Shown here: in pieces, positions 61,456 to 64,000 of the stretch
Numbering within the stretch: position 1 is the stretch's first letter
Layout of the letters: each line of letters opens with the position of its first letter
Assembly (NCBI GenBank): GCA_036172245.1
Contig: JAYWIR010000022.1
Coordinates: forward strand, 248,001-312,000
Source: Raillietiella orientalis
Taxonomy: Eukaryota
Direction: 5' to 3'
DNA length: 64,000 nucleotides
The notes under the pieces: model-generated
What the model saw: the letters and a program-made list of their open reading frames with translations, nothing else
What the model was told of the DNA's origin: nothing
Databases searched by the model: none
Position numbers and translations under genes: made by a program

Positions 61456-63470
61456 GCGTTGGCGGCCGTGTGGCTGCGGTCTCTCTGCGAGGGGCACCAA
61501 GCGTTGGTAGGTTCGAGTCCCGCCCGGGGAAGGATCGGTGCCGAGAAATGCGGGGTGCGTCCTGGGTTTCGAGCCCCCCCCGCGAGATGACGCTGGTTGG
61601 CCTCTATTCGGGTGAGCACCTATTGACACCCGGTCACGCTGGGGGGTTTATTTACAAAAAATAAACCGTCATGTCTGTGGCGGGACGTTTGATTCTGCCA
61701 CGTCACTTATGGATACTAAAAGGAACCTGCCGGCATCTGGCACGCAGGCCGTGCTTGGCTCCTGGATCCGCGTCCACGTGCGAACGGAGAGGATCACCTC
61801 GTCAGCACAGGAGGGGAAACAAACGAAAAGAAAAAAAATAAAGCAAAAAAATATGCACAAAAAAAATTGGGAAGCTTCGGGTAGGGATCATTGTGTGCTG
61901 GAGGGTGTCCTCTGCATCCTTGTAAGGATGCCGGCAAGTTCTGTTTCCAGACTCCCAGATAGGGCCATCTTGACTCTGTCCTCATGAAGAGGACAGCAAA
62001 ATAGATGGCGTCCCTGTCGTGCTGGCCTCTGGCGTTGCTCCATGCAGCCATGGTCCTGCCGCGTAGGCAACAGAGTGCTGCTAGGGATGCGGAGGGCGTG
62101 AGGACGTCACTCAGGAAGAGGCGCTTTAAAACGTCTCTGACATTGCCGCCGGGGGTTCCAAGGTTCGCGGCAAAGAGTTCCCCCAGGGACTGGAGAGCAA
62201 CACAGTCTGCTAGGAGGTGCAGGAGGGATTCCTGCTCCCCGCATCTTGCACAGTTTGGGTCCCTCCCTCCTTCCTGTGTCCAGTGATGCCGGGGGGCATT
62301 GCACGGGAGGCTCCAGTGCAGCAGCATCAATACCGACTCCTGCCACTTTAAGGGGAGAGTGAGGATGTTGATGAGCACCGGGGGTTACTGCAGGTCTTTC
62401 TCCGGAATACCCAGTAGCACCTTCCAGCGCAAAAGTCCACGAGGTCGAGCACTCGGGGTCGCAGCTCACAGCTGCGACCCCGAGTCCCCTCTCCCAGTCC
62501 TTCTCTTCTTACGGAGATTTGTACAGTAACCTCCCATCTAGTCGTAAGGCTGCTGTCCATGTGCTCCTTAAGGGGGGGTAGAGAGGCGGTGAGGGAAGTT
62601 CTGCTTGCCCATGCACTCTTCGCGGGATCTTCCAGGATCTCCCGGAGCGTGCAGCAGTTGTTGCGCGCGTACAGGAAACGTCGCTCTGTTCCGCGCTTGG
62701 CTCCTGGATCCTCGTTCACGTGCGAACGGTTTCCTGCAACCAGACACTACCACTCGCGGGTGCAGCACTGGTGGAAGCCGGGTGTCCCCGTTGAGTGGCT
62801 GGAATTGGAAGTTGATCTTCCAGGAATCAAGGAGCCGGTTCCACTTCCGGGTTCCTCCTCTGTCGTGAAAATGAAGCCGCATCCCCCCTCCCTTAGGGGT
62901 GTAACCCGCTATCTCGTACCATGGAACCGGTTGATTGATGCCGCCTCCTCAGAGTGTAAAAAGAGCGCCCCTCAGGAAAATTTGAGAGCGCCCCGCCGGA
63001 GTTTCCTCAAGAGGAGAAATTCCAGGAACGCACCCTTTCCTGGGATGGGTTAACCCTCTCTGAGTTGAACACCTGCGAGGGAGAGGAAACCGTCGGAAGG
63101 TCTCTCCGAGAGTCTGGAGGCGTCCGAGGAACCTGTGCGGCACCTGACCTCCACTCAGCAGGCTCCTTCCCCCCCCCCCCCTTCCTTCACGGAAGCACCC
63201 TCGAACTTTTTTCAGAGTGGATACTAAATACCCTCGAAATGCGCACGTCTTCAGCAGCGCGCCTCTCTGGTTCGGAGATGAAACGAAGAGCAGCACTTAC
63301 AAACCTAGGAAGGTGGGAGGCTGTCAGGAGAGAACGAGGAAGTGGGGAACCTCTTCGGTGTTTACTTTCGGGAGTCAGAGGAACCACCAGAACCTTCATG
63401 GATCCACGGGGTGGTCCCTTCGTGGTTCCCTCCCCCTCTAGCTTGAAGAGTCACATGCCCCCTCGGGTGC
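61456..63470 (+). mobile_element. Family-C element interrupted by a LINE at 61620-62756
   Basis: Head GCGTTGGCGGCCGTGTGGCT...GGTTCGAGTCC at 61456-61520; body resumes at 62757 where it broke off. Confidence 0.75.
61620..62756 (-). mobile_element. 5'-truncated L1/Tx1-like LINE with best-preserved zinc finger (CARCGEQESLLHLLADC)
   Basis: ORF 61794-62378 has CX2C-X7-H-X4-C; terminus AAATAAACCCCCCAGCGTGACCGGGTGTCAATA; TSD CGGGTG(C)AGCAC at 61609-61619 / 62757-62768. Confidence 0.88.
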
Positions 63471-64000
63471 TGCCGAGGAGCTCCGTGATCCTTACAGATC
63501 ACGAAGCTCCCTGACGACCTATGAGTGGCGGGCGGCTCTTCAGCACTCCTTGAGGACCGAAGAAGAAGAAAACCCAGCGCAACTCTTTCGGCCAACGCAC
63601 GTTGCTTCTTTTTCTGGCCGAAGTCCATTCGTGAAGCGGCTAGCCTCTGCGGGGTTTCCCCCCTGCGCGAGGGCGAAACTCCCGCTCCGGGGCGAGGATC
63701 CACGAAGCGGAAAGGTCATCACTGCGGACCCGGATCCGTTAAAGAAGAGAGAGAGAGCGACGTCACCGGAGGTTCCAGGACTCATCCTCTGTGCGCTCCC
63801 GTCGTTCTTCCCCCGACGACGTCTCCGGAGCGAAACTGGATGGTGCTTTCCCTTGAAATGCCCTCGAAATGCCAGTGGGGCAGCCTCAAGGAAGAGTCGC
63901 TTTCGCGAGGAGGTTCCCGGCTTGCAGGCCTTGCGAGGCCATTGGGATGGATCCGGAACCGCTCGGGAGCGAGGAAGACTCGCCGAGTGCTGAGCTTTGG

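Overview
GC-rich animal genomic DNA, probably arthropod (spliceosomal introns, arthropod-type Ig adhesion genes, invertebrate-type U2 sequence). Most ORFs in the supplied track are spurious GC-rich read-throughs. Two convergent Ig-superfamily adhesion genes are present. On + (77-2125) are the last cytoplasmic-tail exons of a probable echinoid/fred-family gene. On - (33366-25680) is a kirre/roughest (Neph/KIRREL)-family gene: 9 coding exons, ~662 aa, signal peptide + 5 Ig + TM + tail, one GC-AG intron. The rest is mostly decayed retroelement sequence. (A) About 10 5'-truncated L1/Tx1-like LINE copies end in a conserved stem-loop instead of poly(A). (B) A multi-copy element has a tRNA-like head. 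(C) Three TSD-flanked, tailless 5' fragments of U2 snRNA all end at U2 nt 35-38; one is a U2/local-sequence chimera with a fold-back. Also seen: a ~955-bp near-identical tract shared by two otherwise diverged LINE copies 35 kb apart, and a degenerate hammerhead-like motif. All calls were made by eye; no database searches were run.
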